Below, one piece after another: positions 9,739 to 20,469 of a stretch of DNA of 46,260 nt (position 1 is the first letter of the stretch; each line of letters begins with the position of its first letter). Position numbers and translations under genes: made by a program. The DNA lies in assembly GCA_021808995.1 (NCBI GenBank), contig JAKBAP010000001.1, positions 1 through 46,260 of the forward strand, read 5' to 3'. The DNA is from Planctomycetota bacterium (GTDB taxonomy: Bacteria > Planctomycetota > Planctomycetia > Isosphaerales > Isosphaeraceae). The notes under the pieces were generated by a model. It searched no databases. It was given only the letters and a program-made list of their open reading frames with translations, and was not told the DNA's origin.

Positions 9739-10686
9739 ATGACGCAAAAGCGCCTGAAAATGGCTCTGCTCAAGCCGCGGTTCTCGACTCGAACGCTGAT
9801 GGTTTTCGTGGGGCTGGTCGCGATCGTGCTGCATGGCGTCGAGACCTCCCGGCGCTGGGACGCTCCATTGACAGGGTAGCCTGTGGGTGGTGGGATAGGA
9901 GGGGCGGGTTATTTTTTCAGGCACGACGAACTCGGTTTTGGGTTCGGTTACATAGTCCCGGCCCAGTACGCGCATTCGGTCGAGGGCATGATCACGCGAG
10001 TGATTCGTCATCGGTGCGCCACGCCTGCGCAGTCCTTGTCCCCGGCGCTGGCGGGCGTCTTGTTCGCGGTGCTGGTCCTGAGCTTTCCCTTCGTTCGACG
10101 TTCGCTCGAGACGCGTTACGAAACGGAGTGCCGGCAGGCCTGGATGCGCCGATGTCGGATCGCCCTTTCGATCTTGCTCGTCGCCTCCGCGCTGATCGGG
10201 CTGAATCTCACGGCGGAGCTCGCTCGCCCACCGTCGCCTGCCTCTGAGATCAAGTTCGGCGGTCCTTTCTGCCAGGACTGCGGACCCTCGGTCGGCGATT
10301 ACTTCGGCATCCGGCCGACCGTGCTCAACATTCGTGTGGATGGTCGCGTCGCGATGCGGAGACAATGGGATGGATCGGACGTCCTGAGCCATTCCACCAG
10401 CCGATTTCAGGTGGCCGACTTCTACAACGGCGAAAAAGCCGTCGACGAGGTCACGATCGACCACGGACTCGACGATTCGATCGTGACCTACGGCGGAACA
10501 TACGAACACATGCTCTCAAAGCCACGAGTGGTCCGGCCGGCGACGCGGTCTCGGTTCGACATCTGGTGGGCTCCGGTAGCGAGTGCACTGATCACCATGT
10601 TCGTCGTCGTCGATCTCGGACTTCGTATCCCGGCTTGGAGGAACACCCAGGGACGGGTCTCCACGCTCACCGCCGCGAGCACATGA
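9739..10686 (+). pseudogene. Membrane hypothetical protein with planctomycete RFSxRTL N-terminus, interrupted by in-frame TAG (9877-9879)
   Basis: MTQKRLKMALLKPRFSTRTLMVFVGLVAIVL...PLTG* is in the same frame as ORF 9883-10686, which has three further hydrophobic segments. Confidence 0.6.
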
Positions 10687-10691
10687 CCAGT

Positions 10692-13205
10692 TCACTCGGC
10701 TTGTGAAGGAGCTTCGGCGCTTGGGCGTCGGGCAGCGACCATTGGCCCTGCCAGCGACTTCCCCGTCGCCGTACCCGCCGCGGCGAGCTGCTCTGGCGTC
10801 CCTTCACACACCAGCCGGCCCCCCTCGGCACCCGCGCCTGGGCCCAGTTCGATGATCCAGTCGGCCTCGTGCAAGAGTGCGGGATCGTGGGTGATCGCAA
10901 AAAGCGAATGGCCACGGTCGACCAGCGCGTGGAGAGCCTCGAACACCTTGACTTTGTCGTGAGGATGAAGGCCGAGCGTGGGCTCGTCCAGGATCACGAC
11001 GGCCTGGGTGGTCTGGGCGCGGGCGAGCAGGGTCAGCGAGCGCGCGAGTACGCTCGAGAGCCTGAGCCGCTCAAGCTCACCCGATGAGAGCGTGGCCAAG
11101 GGCTGCCCGAGCCTGAGATAGTCGAGCCCAAGGTCCAGAAGCCCGCGCAGCCGCGATTGGACGCGGGGCCGGTTGCGAAAAAAGCCAAAGGCCTCGCGGA
11201 GCGTCATGTCGAGCACCTGGGCGATGTCTCGGCCGCGGTATTTGATCTCGAGGATCTCGCGGCGGTAGCGCGCTCCGTGGCATTCGGGGCAGGGGACGAC
11301 GACGTCGGGCAGGAACCGCATGTCGACCGTTTGCGTTCCCTCGCCCTGACAGACCCCACAGCGCCCGCCGTCGATATTAAAGCTGAACCGGCCCGCGTCG
11401 TATTTGCGTAGGCGTGCTTCGTGGGTGGCGGCGAAGGCCTGGCGGATCTCGTCAAACGCCTTGACGTGGGTGGCGGGGTTCGAGCGCCCGAGCCTCGTCA
11501 GCGGTCGATGCCCCAGGAAGATCGCGCGATCGATGCCGCTGGGGACGATAAGCTCGTCATGAGGCAGGGGATCGGAGGGTCGGCCAAGCTTTCGGACCAG
11601 TGCGGGATAGAGCGTGTGCTCGACCAGGGCGCTTTTGCCCGACCCATTGACGCCGGCGATCGCGCACAAGACTCCAAGCGGAAACGCGACATCAAGCGAC
11701 CGAAGCCCGCGACCCCGAGCACCACGCAAGCGCAGGTCGTTCCCGGTCGGCTTCCGCCGGCTTCGGGGAGCGAAGGGCGATTGATCCAGAAGCGCGGCCC
11801 GGGTCGGCGACTCGGCGACCGCCGCCAGACCCGCGACCGGGCCGGAGTAGAGCACTCGCCCTCCCTGATCGCCCGCGCCGGGGCCCAGGTCGACAAGATG
11901 GTCGGCGGCCTCGATCACCTGGCGCTCATGCTCGACCACGAGGACCGTGTTTCCCCGGTCGCGAAGGCTCCGGAGCGACTCCACGACAGCCCCGATCCGG
12001 GCGGGGTGCAGCCCGGCCGTCGGCTCATCGAGCACATAGAGCGCTCCCACGGGTCCCGAGGTCAGCAAGCGCGCTAGGCGGGCGCGTTTGAGCTCGGAGC
12101 GTGTCAGGCTGGCGGAGGGGCGATCGAGCGCGACCTCGCCCAGGCCCAGCTCGATCAGGAAACGCAGCCCATGCTCGATCTGGCGAGGGAGCTCGGTCGA
12201 TTCCGCCCCCGCCCAGAGGGCGGCTTCGCGGACGCTCAGGGCCGACGCGGTGGCAATGTCGTGGCCGCCGAGCTTGACCTCGAGCGCCTCCGGGCGTAGC
12301 CTCGTTCCCTGGCAGGCGGGGCAGACCTGGTCCCGCGACCGGCCCAGGCCCTCGCAGGCTCGGCACGCGCCCAGGGCGCTTGAATAGCGAAAGAGAGCCG
12401 GCGAGGGGGGCAGATGGTCGAGCCCGCGGCATCCACATCGCCAGCCCCGGGTGAAGGTCTGGTCGTGCCCTTCGCTCAGGATCTTGCATCGTCCATGGCC
12501 ATGGGTAAACGCGGTCTCGATCGAGTCCGTTCGGCGCGGGGCTGGGTCGCGGCCTCGCGTGAGACGGTCAACGACCACATCGAGGACACCCGGCGTGGCG
12601 ACGGCGAAATCGGGCTCGTCGAGCCGGATCAAGCGGCCCTGGGATCGGGCGCGGGCGAACCCCTTCGCGACCAGGTCGCGCGCGATCGCCTGGGGATCGC
12701 TGTCGGCGAGCAGATCGACCGGAAAGGCGATTTCGTAGGAAGCCTCGGCCGGGATCGCCTCGAGCGCGCGCGCGAACGCGGTCGGCGAGGCGGGCTCGAC
12801 CACCCGACCACAACCACGGCAGACGACCGACCCCTCACGCGCGAACCAGAGCGCGAGCAAGCCATGAATCTGGGCAATGGTCGACAGCGTGCTCCGCGGC
12901 GACCCGCCCCGCGAGGACGCGGCCAGGCCGATCGCCGGGGGGACGCCGTCGATCAGGTCGGAGGGGGGCTTTTCCAGGCGATCGAGGAACTGGCGAGCAA
13001 ACGGTGAAAACGTCTCGATATATCGTCTTTGACCCTCGGCGCGGAGGGTGTCGAGGGCGAGCGAGGTCTTGCCCGCGCCGCTGACGCCGGTGATCACGAT
13101 CAAGCGCGACAGCGGGAGGTCGAGGTCGATCGCCCTGAGATTATGGACCGACGCTCCACGCAGCCTGATGACGCGTTCCGAGACCGGGGCGGAGGGTCGG
13201 GCCAT
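10692..13205 (-). CDS. UvrA-like ABC ATPase (divergent paralog)
   Basis: GASVHNLRAIDLDLP, GVSGAGKTS, EGQRRYIET, LYVLDEPTAGLH, GVNGSGKS, FSFNIDGGRCGVCQGEG, LGLDYLRLGQ; zinc-finger cysteines. Confidence 0.88.
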   Translation of the reverse strand: MARPSAPVSERVIRLRGASVHNLRAIDLDLPLSRLIVITGVSGAGKTSLALDTLRAEGQRRYIETFSPFARQFLDRLEKPPSDLIDGVPPAIGLAASSRGGSPRSTLSTIAQIHGLLALWFAREGSVVCRGCGRVVEPASPTAFARALEAIPAEASYEIAFPVDLLADSDPQAIARDLVAKGFARARSQGRLIRLDEPDFAVATPGVLDVVVDRLTRGRDPAPRRTDSIETAFTHGHGRCKILSEGHDQTFTRGWRCGCRGLDHLPPSPALFRYSSALGACRACEGLGRSRDQVCPACQGTRLRPEALEVKLGGHDIATASALSVREAALWAGAESTELPRQIEHGLRFLIELGLGEVALDRPSASLTRSELKRARLARLLTSGPVGALYVLDEPTAGLHPARIGAVVESLRSLRDRGNTVLVVEHERQVIEAADHLVDLGPGAGDQGGRVLYSGPVAGLAAVAESPTRAALLDQSPFAPRSRRKPTGNDLRLRGARGRGLRSLDVAFPLGVLCAIAGVNGSGKSALVEHTLYPALVRKLGRPSDPLPHDELIVPSGIDRAIFLGHRPLTRLGRSNPATHVKAFDEIRQAFAATHEARLRKYDAGRFSFNIDGGRCGVCQGEGTQTVDMRFLPDVVVPCPECHGARYRREILEIKYRGRDIAQVLDMTLREAFGFFRNRPRVQSRLRGLLDLGLDYLRLGQPLATLSSGELERLRLSSVLARSLTLLARAQTTQAVVILDEPTLGLHPHDKVKVFEALHALVDRGHSLFAITHDPALLHEADWIIELGPGAGAEGGRLVCEGTPEQLAAAGTATGKSLAGPMVAARRPSAEAPSQAE

Positions 13206-13310
13206 GATCGCCTCTGGCGGGGCGAACCCGCCCGTGGGCCTAGTGGAAACGCGACGAGCCCGGATGGCCCGGGCTCGTCACGCGAGAGTCAAACGACCTG
13301 GCCCGCCGGT

Positions 13311-15131
13311 TCAGGGGTTGGCGCGCCTGAGGGTGAAACCGGTCATCATGAAGCCGTCGTCGTCCATCGCGCTATAGCTGCCGCTGAGCGACAGATACTT
13401 GGCGAAGACGGAGAAATCGGGGAGCTTCTCGACAGGGATGAGCTTATCGAGGCCGGGGATCGGGGCTCCGCCGCGAACGACGGTCGCCTGCTCGAGGGCC
13501 TTCACGAACTGCCCCCCCTTGACCATGTCGTAGGAGATCCGAGCCTGCTCGTCGGGCTTGACAAAGGTCATCCCGCTGGCCTTTTCCGGGAGTTCCTTGG
13601 CGACCTTCTGAAATGCCTCGCTCTCGGCAAGGGGGGTGTTGCCCGATCGCAAGACCTGTTCGAGCAGGGTCGAATCGGTCGTCACCATGAGGGCGTCCTT
13701 GGCGATGGCGATGCTAATCGGCCCCTTGAATTGCATCTGCGCGCCCGCCCCATTGTTGGGCATTTCAGGAATGGCGAAATCGTAAATCGTGGTTCCCTGG
13801 AAATCCCGTTTCTCAGGGGCGGCCCCGGTCATCTCGATGACGCGGGAGAGGGTGTTCTGAAACGCCTTTGGGTCCTCGAGCGCGATCGCCAACAGGGCTC
13901 GTTGGCTATCTTCCTTGACCGGCTTCTTGAAGTCGCTGATCAGGGTGACGCGATCACCCAGGGGTCCGAAGAAATCTTGCTTGAGCGAGAGTGGCTGGCC
14001 ACCGTTGGGGCCGACGAGTTGCTGCTCGATGATGTTGAGCATGCCAGGCTGGAACTTGTTGACCAGGTCATTGACGGCCTCGTAGAGGTTATCGAGGTCG
14101 AGGCTCAGGGTTTGATAGCTGGCGACGGTGGCGGGCACCCACGCCTCGGGCTTCAAGGTGATCGCGGGGAGCGAGAACATCTTGAGCACGCCGCTGACCG
14201 GCTTGGGGGCGAGGACGAAGGTCTTGCTCAGGCTGTCGAATCCGCCACCGGCGAAGGTAAAGCAACCGCCGATGGACTTGAGCCCGTCGGCTCCGAGCTC
14301 GGTGACGAGCACCTGGTTTTGCTGGGCATCGGCGTCGACCCCCTTGGCGTTGGCCTTGATGCCGAGGGCGACGAGCTTGGCGACGTCGAGAAACCAGATC
14401 GCCTGGGAGTTCGCGGATTCGGTCTTGGCCTGGGTCTTGACGAAGGGGGCCGAGGTCGCGAGCGAGGTGTCGCGGCCATCTCGGTGGGCGGCCACGTCCT
14501 TGACGAGCTCGAGATCGCTACCGATCAGGAACAGGCTCCCGGCGTTGGTCCAGATGATCGGCGGAGCGGGGGGGGTGTTGTCGTCGTCCTTTTTCGCTTC
14601 CTTTGGCTCCGGGGCCTTCAGGATGTGGATCGTGAGGCCGCTAAAGCTCTCGGTCGTGGCCCTGAAGCCAGAGGATTCGCCCTGCTTGGCGGCACGGGTG
14701 AGCAGATCGAGCATCTTTTTTTCGTTCTCGCCCGCGTCGGCGATCAGGATGCCCGCGATCGGGAGTTTGGGGTCGTCGCGGCTGACGGCGGCCAGGGCGA
14801 GCGGGCCTTGAGGGAGCTCGATGAGCTCGGTCACGCTCAGGCCGACGGCCCCCTTGAGGGGCTTGGCCACCTCCTCGAGCCGCTTCATGAGCTCCTCGCG
14901 AAAATCCTTGAGGGCGGGGTCGTTGTAGAGCTGCCCGTACTGGCTGGCATCAAACGCCTTGCGAAACGCCTTGGCGTCGACCATCTTCGCGAAAAAGATC
15001 GTCGACTCGGGAAGCATTCGTTCCGGAGGCGCCGCGGCGGTCGCGCGGGTGGGCAATCCGGTCAACCCCAAGAGTCCAAGCCAACCGAGCATCGCCAGCC
15101 GACCCATCGTCCGCTTCGCCATTCGCATCAC
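13311..15131 (-). CDS. Exported hypothetical protein (DUF3352-like)
   Basis: 606-aa ORF with signal peptide, PERMLPESTI start of the mature region, beta-rich; resembles a planctomycete conserved family (family call uncertain). Confidence 0.75.
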   Translation of the reverse strand: MMRMAKRTMGRLAMLGWLGLLGLTGLPTRATAAAPPERMLPESTIFFAKMVDAKAFRKAFDASQYGQLYNDPALKDFREELMKRLEEVAKPLKGAVGLSVTELIELPQGPLALAAVSRDDPKLPIAGILIADAGENEKKMLDLLTRAAKQGESSGFRATTESFSGLTIHILKAPEPKEAKKDDDNTPPAPPIIWTNAGSLFLIGSDLELVKDVAAHRDGRDTSLATSAPFVKTQAKTESANSQAIWFLDVAKLVALGIKANAKGVDADAQQNQVLVTELGADGLKSIGGCFTFAGGGFDSLSKTFVLAPKPVSGVLKMFSLPAITLKPEAWVPATVASYQTLSLDLDNLYEAVNDLVNKFQPGMLNIIEQQLVGPNGGQPLSLKQDFFGPLGDRVTLISDFKKPVKEDSQRALLAIALEDPKAFQNTLSRVIEMTGAAPEKRDFQGTTIYDFAIPEMPNNGAGAQMQFKGPISIAIAKDALMVTTDSTLLEQVLRSGNTPLAESEAFQKVAKELPEKASGMTFVKPDEQARISYDMVKGGQFVKALEQATVVRGGAPIPGLDKLIPVEKLPDFSVFAKYLSLSGSYSAMDDDGFMMTGFTLRRANP

Positions 15132-15310
15132 GACTCACTCCCTTTCGCTAAAGACCTTGATCCTCGACCGATCGGCCGGGGAAATCGACCAAGACCGGCG
15201 CTCATCTCGCCGGCACCTCTCTGTTTCAGTCCACTTTCCACGCGAGTTACGACCGTCAGGACGAACCGTGCCGGAACGCGACCCGGTCCACCATGTCCAC
15301 GAACGCCTTC

Positions 15311-16366
15311 CTAGCGGGTCGTCTCCTTGCTTTTGACGGTCGAGGAGGGATGAAGCTCGGCCGGAGTGGTTCCTTTCTTGGCACCAGGACCCTCCGTGAG
15401 CCCGACGGGACGCCCCATGATCCGCCGCCGGGGGGGCTCCAGATAACGGTAGCCGCTGTTCGGATTCGATTTGTCAAACGCGAACGCCTCGCGATGCTCG
15501 ATGAACTCCTTGACATACGCGACCGGAATCGCGAAGCCCAGGTTGTCGGCCATCGCCGCGTCGGCGCCTCGGCTGGTGACGCCAATGACCTCGCCACGCT
15601 GGTTAAAGAGCGGGCCACCCGAATTCCCAGGGTTGATCGCCGTGTCGGTCTGGAGATAGAGCTGCCCCTCGATGCTGCGGCTGCGGTTGCTGACGATCCC
15701 CTGCGAGACCGAGCGCTCGAGCCCAAAGGGATTCCCCACCGCGAACACCCCGTCGCCGGCGCTGACGTCGTCATCCTTACCTAGCACGACATGGCTCGGT
15801 TTCACGTCCGGAGGCAAGGGGAGCTTGATCAAGGCGAGGTCAAAAAACGCATTGATCGCGACGATCTCGACGTCATCGATCCGCCGCCGCGAAAAACCCG
15901 ACGTGGCGTTCAAATACAAAATGGCCGAAACCCGGGTCTCTCCCTGGATCACGTGGGCGTTGGTCACGGCATAGCCCTCGCGATTGATAATGAACCCCGA
16001 CCCCTTGCCCGATGGGGTCTCGATCGAAATCACCGCCTCGCCAAAACGACGGACCAAGTCGTTGACGCCCGTCGGTTTCAGGTTCCCGGTCGAATAGAAT
16101 CGCGAGGATTCAATCTCGGGAGCGCGGCTCGAGGGGGCCCCGGTCGCCGTGTCTAGCCCCTTGACCCGTTTCTTGATTTGGTCCTTGGGAATCCGCAAGA
16201 GGTCGTATCCCAGGTCGACGTAGACGGCGGTGGCCCGATCAGCCACGACCTCGCCCACGACCTTTTGACCGTCCCTCAGCGTGATGGTCTCGGAATCGGC
16301 GCGCGCCCGGGGCGCGATCGGACCCAGTACCATGATCATCATGACCAGCCATCGCCGTCGAGCCAA
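15311..16366 (-). CDS. Trypsin-like S1C serine protease, no PDZ domain
   Basis: GSGFII, VTNAHV (His), DLALIK (Asp), QTDTAINPGNSGGPL (Ser); signal peptide; GAGGAG RBS before TTG. Confidence 0.92.
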   Translation of the reverse strand: MARRRWLVMMIMVLGPIAPRARADSETITLRDGQKVVGEVVADRATAVYVDLGYDLLRIPKDQIKKRVKGLDTATGAPSSRAPEIESSRFYSTGNLKPTGVNDLVRRFGEAVISIETPSGKGSGFIINREGYAVTNAHVIQGETRVSAILYLNATSGFSRRRIDDVEIVAINAFFDLALIKLPLPPDVKPSHVVLGKDDDVSAGDGVFAVGNPFGLERSVSQGIVSNRSRSIEGQLYLQTDTAINPGNSGGPLFNQRGEVIGVTSRGADAAMADNLGFAIPVAYVKEFIEHREAFAFDKSNPNSGYRYLEPPRRRIMGRPVGLTEGPGAKKGTTPAELHPSSTVKSKETTR

Positions 16367-16691
16367 TCGCGGTCTCCTCTCCTCGAGTCGGGTCCTGAAA
16401 AAAAACGCGCCGTCGCTTCAAGCCCTATTCTAATAATCGCTTCGATCCTTTCAACCCTGCCTGGCACCGAACTTCCTCACGTTTCCGGAGAGAAGGCCAT
16501 TTGTGTATCTTAACTGTTTTTGCTAAATTTCCATTTGTCTCAAATCCACTTGACGAGATTCGCGGATTCGGGCTTGTAGCGGTCCAGACGATCGCGCGCC
16601 TCGTTTTAGCGATTGGGACCGGCGTGAACGAGCATGCCGACCGGCCGCGAATTCCATTCGGGTGTGCCCTTTGCTGGGAGACGTTCTCGTG

Positions 16692-17513
16692 ATGACCTTA
16701 TCTTGGCGTGCAAGCGCCCTCCAGGCGAGCCTGGTGTCGCGGATCGTGTTGCCGGCGGCGATGATGATGGGCCTGGCCGCCCCGGGGGGCCGCGCCCAGG
16801 ATGAAAAGCCCGCGCCCGGGCGATCTCCCCAGGCACCCGCGGCCGGGGATTTGATTAAGCCCCCCGCGATTCCTGAAGTCAAGTTGGTTCCCAATCTGAA
16901 TACGATCCCCGTCCCCCATGATCGGACGGCGTTTAACGTCCAGATGGTCAACACGGCCCTTTTGCCGCGTGACAAGGAAGGGATCTGGGTCCTGGATTTC
17001 GCGTTCAAGCCGCTCCGGATGAAGACGGTCGAGATCCCTGGCAAGGGGCGTCGGCAGCTTCATTACCTGTATTACCGGGTTGTGAATCGCACGTCCAAGC
17101 CGCGGATGTTCGTGCCGCAGTTCATCATGGTGAACGAGACAGGCCGAAAGATCGAGGATCAGGTCGTGGCCGAGGCGGTCCCGGTCATCCAGGCGCGTGA
17201 GGACGCGACGATCCCCCTCCTGGGCGCTGTCAACATCATGGGGATGCTGCCGGCGAGCGAAAAACCGGACGTCGACGACGCGGTCTACGGCGTGGCCGTC
17301 TGGGACCGATGGGATCCCAAGGCCGATCGCTTTAGCATCTATGTTCGTGGGCTTTCCGATGGTTACAAGGAAGTCCCCTCGCCGAGCGGTGGCAAGCCGG
17401 TCGTCAAATACAAAACGCTCCGGATCGACTTCATTCGTCGGGGCGACGAGCGGCAACTGAGCGAGAAGGAAATCGAGTTCGGCGACCCAGCCTACGAGTG
17501 GGTCTACTGGTGA
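16692..17513 (+). CDS. Exported hypothetical protein
   Basis: Signal peptide ending GRA-Q, Pro-rich linker, beta-rich globular domain ending AYEWVYW; GGGAG RBS. Confidence 0.8.
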   Translation: MTLSWRASALQASLVSRIVLPAAMMMGLAAPGGRAQDEKPAPGRSPQAPAAGDLIKPPAIPEVKLVPNLNTIPVPHDRTAFNVQMVNTALLPRDKEGIWVLDFAFKPLRMKTVEIPGKGRRQLHYLYYRVVNRTSKPRMFVPQFIMVNETGRKIEDQVVAEAVPVIQAREDATIPLLGAVNIMGMLPASEKPDVDDAVYGVAVWDRWDPKADRFSIYVRGLSDGYKEVPSPSGGKPVVKYKTLRIDFIRRGDERQLSEKEIEFGDPAYEWVYW

Positions 17514-17534
17514 GCCGGGGTTTTCAGGGCTCGG

Positions 17535-18236
17535 TCACGAGGATCCCGCGTACGCCGCTGGGTCTGTAAGCCCGAGCTTTGCAAAGGCCGCCAGTCGAAT
17601 CAAGCAGGCGTCGCAGCGGGCGCAGGCCAGTCCCCCTGGCGTGGGGTCGTAGCAGGTGTGGGTCATCCCATAATCCACCCCCAGCTCGTGTCCGCGCTCG
17701 ATGATTCGCTCCTTGGTCATCTGGATCAGGGGGGCGTGGACCGTGAACCGCCCCCGCTGCTCGACACCGGCCTGGGTGGCCAGATTGGCCAGGTGCTCAA
17801 AGGCGCGAAGGTATTCCGGCCGGCAATCGGGATAACCGGAATAGTCGACGCAATTAACCCCAACGAAAAGATCAAAGGCGGCGAGGGTTTCGGCCCAGGC
17901 CAAGGCCAGCGAGAGCATGACGGTGTTGCGAGCCGGGACATAGGTGATCGGGATTCCCTCGCCCATGGCCTCGTTGGGTCGGTCCTTGGGGACCTCGATC
18001 GCGGCGGTCAGAGCGCTCGCGCCAAAGGCCCGCAGGTCGATCGCGATCTCCAGGTGCCGCGCGACCGAGAACGCCCGGGCCACCCGTCGAGCGGCCTCGA
18101 GCTCGATCGAATGGCGCTGGCCGTAATTGACCGTGAGCGCGTGGAGCTCATAGCCCTCGTCGGCCGCGATCGCCAGCGTGGTCGCCGAATCCAGCCCCCC
18201 AGAGAGCAATATCACGGCCCTTTTCGTCGCGCTCAT
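17535..18236 (-). CDS. queC: 7-cyano-7-deazaguanine synthase
   Basis: SGGLDS, YGQRH, TYVPARN, YPDCRPE, C-terminal zinc-binding TCY...CARCDAC. Confidence 0.97.
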   Translation of the reverse strand: MSATKRAVILLSGGLDSATTLAIAADEGYELHALTVNYGQRHSIELEAARRVARAFSVARHLEIAIDLRAFGASALTAAIEVPKDRPNEAMGEGIPITYVPARNTVMLSLALAWAETLAAFDLFVGVNCVDYSGYPDCRPEYLRAFEHLANLATQAGVEQRGRFTVHAPLIQMTKERIIERGHELGVDYGMTHTCYDPTPGGLACARCDACLIRLAAFAKLGLTDPAAYAGSS

Positions 18237-18323
18237 GCCCGCCCCCTCTTGTGGAAAACCGTTCCGATCCGATATTCTGATCGTCCGTAGGGATGAAGTT
18301 CAACGCATTGGGGTGATTGTTTC

Positions 18324-18575
18324 ATGGCTCACAAAAAAGGACAGGGTTCAAGCCGCAACGGTCGCGACTCGAACCCCAAGATGCTCGGGATCAAGCTTTA
18401 CGGCGGCCAGACGGCCAAGCCCGGGAGCATCGTGTGCCGGCAGAATGGGACCAAATGGCGCCCAGGCCGCAATATTGGCGTCGGCCGCGATTGGACGCTT
18501 TTTTCCTTGATCGACGGGACCGTCCTGTTTGACCAGGAAGGCCGGCGGATCAACATCGTGCCTCACAAGGTCTAA
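18324..18575 (+). CDS. rpmA: 50S ribosomal protein L27
   Basis: [24 protein letters not shown]. Confidence 0.98.
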   Translation: MAHKKGQGSSRNGRDSNPKMLGIKLYGGQTAKPGSIVCRQNGTKWRPGRNIGVGRDWTLFSLIDGTVLFDQEGRRINIVPHKV

Positions 18576-18641
18576 TCAAGGCGCACCACACAATAGGGCG
18601 GGTCGTCGCGAGCCGCGGAACCGCCCGAGGGCGGGATTTCG

Positions 18642-19679
18642 ATGTTCGTTGATCGAGTGACCTTGTACGTCAAGGGGGGGACGGGTGGCAACGGCTGCCT
18701 GAGCTTTCGGCGTGAGAAATACGCGCCCCGCGGCGGGCCCAATGGGGGTGATGGGGGTCGCGGGGGTGATATCATCATCCGCGCTGAGATGGGGCTGACC
18801 AACCTGGCCCATCTTTCGCATCAGCGCCACTGGAAGGCCGAGCAAGGCGAGCATGGCGAGGGCTCGGATCGTTTCGGCCGGGGGGCGACCGACCTGATCA
18901 TTCAGGCCGCGATTGGGACCCTGGTCCGCGACCGTGATCGTGGCAACTTGCTCGGTGATCTCCGAGCCGATGGCGAGCAGATCATCGTCGCTCGCGGTGG
19001 GCGAGGGGGGCATGGCAACACGTTTTTCAAATCGTCCACCAACCGCGCCCCACGGCAGCACGAAAAAGGCTTTCCTGGCGAGGAACGCTGGATCACCCTT
19101 GAGCTCAAGGTCATCGCCGATGTCGGGCTTATCGGCCTGCCCAACGCCGGCAAGTCGACCTTGCTCTCGCGGATCTCACGCGCGCATCCGGAAATCGCCG
19201 ATTATCCGTTTACCACCAAGTTCCCCAATCTGGGGACCGTGATCACCCCGGACCGCAGTTTCGTGGTCGCCGACATTCCCGGTCTGATCGAGGGCGCGCA
19301 CCAGGGGCATGGGCTCGGCCATGAATTCCTCCGCCATGTCGAGCGCACGTCACTGCTGGTGCATCTGGTCGAGGCGAGCCCGATCGACGGGACGACGCCT
19401 CTGCAAAATTACCTCGCGATTCGCAACGAGCTCGCCCAGTATAGCGCGGCCCTGGCCGAGCGCCCGGAGCTGGTGGTCCTCACCAAGACCGACGTGCTGG
19501 GGTCGCTGGACGAGGCAACCCTGCTGGCCGAGTCGCTCGGTCGTGACGTGTTCACGATTTCGTCGGTGACGGGGCAGGGGGTTCCGAGGCTGTTGCACGC
19601 GATCATCGATCGACTGTGGGGTCATGAGGACGAGCCGGGGCTCAAGTCGCCGGGCACGCCGGTGGCGGCGGGTGCCTAG
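18642..19679 (+). CDS. obg: GTPase Obg/CgtA
   Basis: MFVDRV, FRREKY, Gly-rich N domain, GLPNAGKS, YPFTT, DIPGLIEGA, FLRHVER. Confidence 0.97.
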   Translation: MFVDRVTLYVKGGTGGNGCLSFRREKYAPRGGPNGGDGGRGGDIIIRAEMGLTNLAHLSHQRHWKAEQGEHGEGSDRFGRGATDLIIQAAIGTLVRDRDRGNLLGDLRADGEQIIVARGGRGGHGNTFFKSSTNRAPRQHEKGFPGEERWITLELKVIADVGLIGLPNAGKSTLLSRISRAHPEIADYPFTTKFPNLGTVITPDRSFVVADIPGLIEGAHQGHGLGHEFLRHVERTSLLVHLVEASPIDGTTPLQNYLAIRNELAQYSAALAERPELVVLTKTDVLGSLDEATLLAESLGRDVFTISSVTGQGVPRLLHAIIDRLWGHEDEPGLKSPGTPVAAGA

Positions 19680-19682
19680 ACG

Positions 19683-20447
19683 ATGCCGGCGATCGTGGCC
19701 GACCTGGGTAACAGCCGGCTCAAGCTCGGGCGGGTGGATCAAGACCGCCGCCTGGGCGCGACGGTGAGCCTGCAGCTCGGCGATCCCGAGAGCTGGCGGC
19801 GGGGGCTTGCGGAGCTGGGCATCTCGTCTCCTCGTGAGGCATCGTGGGCGATCTCGTCGGTCAATCCCCCCCTCGCCCGGAGCCTGGCGGGCTTTCTTGA
19901 CCAGGAGGGCGTCCAGGCCTCGTGTTGGTTTGACTCGGCCTCCCAGGTTCCGATGGACATGGACGTGGAGGGGGCCGAGACCGGCGGCGCGGACCGCGCG
20001 CTCGGCGTGCTCGCGGCCCGGTCGCTGGCCGCGCCCGGGCAGCCCGTGCTGGTGGTTTCCTGCGGGACAGCCGTGACCATCGAAAGCGTCGACGACCGCG
20101 GCGTCTGGCGTGGCGGCTCGATCGGGCCAGGACTGGGCGTCTCCGCTCGGGCACTTCATCTGATGACCGCCCAGGTCCCCATCATCGCCATCGACTCGCA
20201 ACCGCCGCCCCGCGGCCGAGGGACCGTCTCCTCGCTCGAGGCCGGGATCTTCTGGGGTCTGGTCGGCGGCGTACGCTTGCTCATCGAGCTCCAATCGGCT
20301 CTTCTAGGCGGCGTGCCCGCTGTCTTCTGGACCGGCGGCGACGCACCGCTCGTCGCCCCCGCCGTCGCGGGGCCGACCGCCAGGCTCACACCCAACCTTG
20401 TCCTTCAGGGGCTCGCCCTGCTCGTACCCCTGGAAACCAACCCCTGA
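19683..20447 (+). CDS. coaX: Type III pantothenate kinase
   Basis: DLGNSRLK, GADR, VSCGTAVT, GGSIGPG, TGGDA, LVLQGL. Confidence 0.9.
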   Translation: MPAIVADLGNSRLKLGRVDQDRRLGATVSLQLGDPESWRRGLAELGISSPREASWAISSVNPPLARSLAGFLDQEGVQASCWFDSASQVPMDMDVEGAETGGADRALGVLAARSLAAPGQPVLVVSCGTAVTIESVDDRGVWRGGSIGPGLGVSARALHLMTAQVPIIAIDSQPPPRGRGTVSSLEAGIFWGLVGGVRLLIELQSALLGGVPAVFWTGGDAPLVAPAVAGPTARLTPNLVLQGLALLVPLETNP

Positions 20448-20469
20448 ATCCCAGCGCCGAGGTCCGATC

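Noticed and set aside
7267..10690. Integrative element at tRNA-Ser
   Set aside because: No integrase and no duplicated tRNA 3' end seen in the window; rtcB ends 20 bp from the tRNA.
7631..15314. Long antisense ORFs 7631-9244 and 13029-15314 (also 24335-25897, 35068-36753)
   Set aside because: They overlap well-supported genes on the opposite strand and have no recognisable motifs. Only the tail of 7631-9244 (from 9098) looks real.
17535..18236. queC as part of a QatABCD or Dpd defence system
   Set aside because: Canonical-length housekeeping QueC next to rpmA, with no qat or dpd neighbours.
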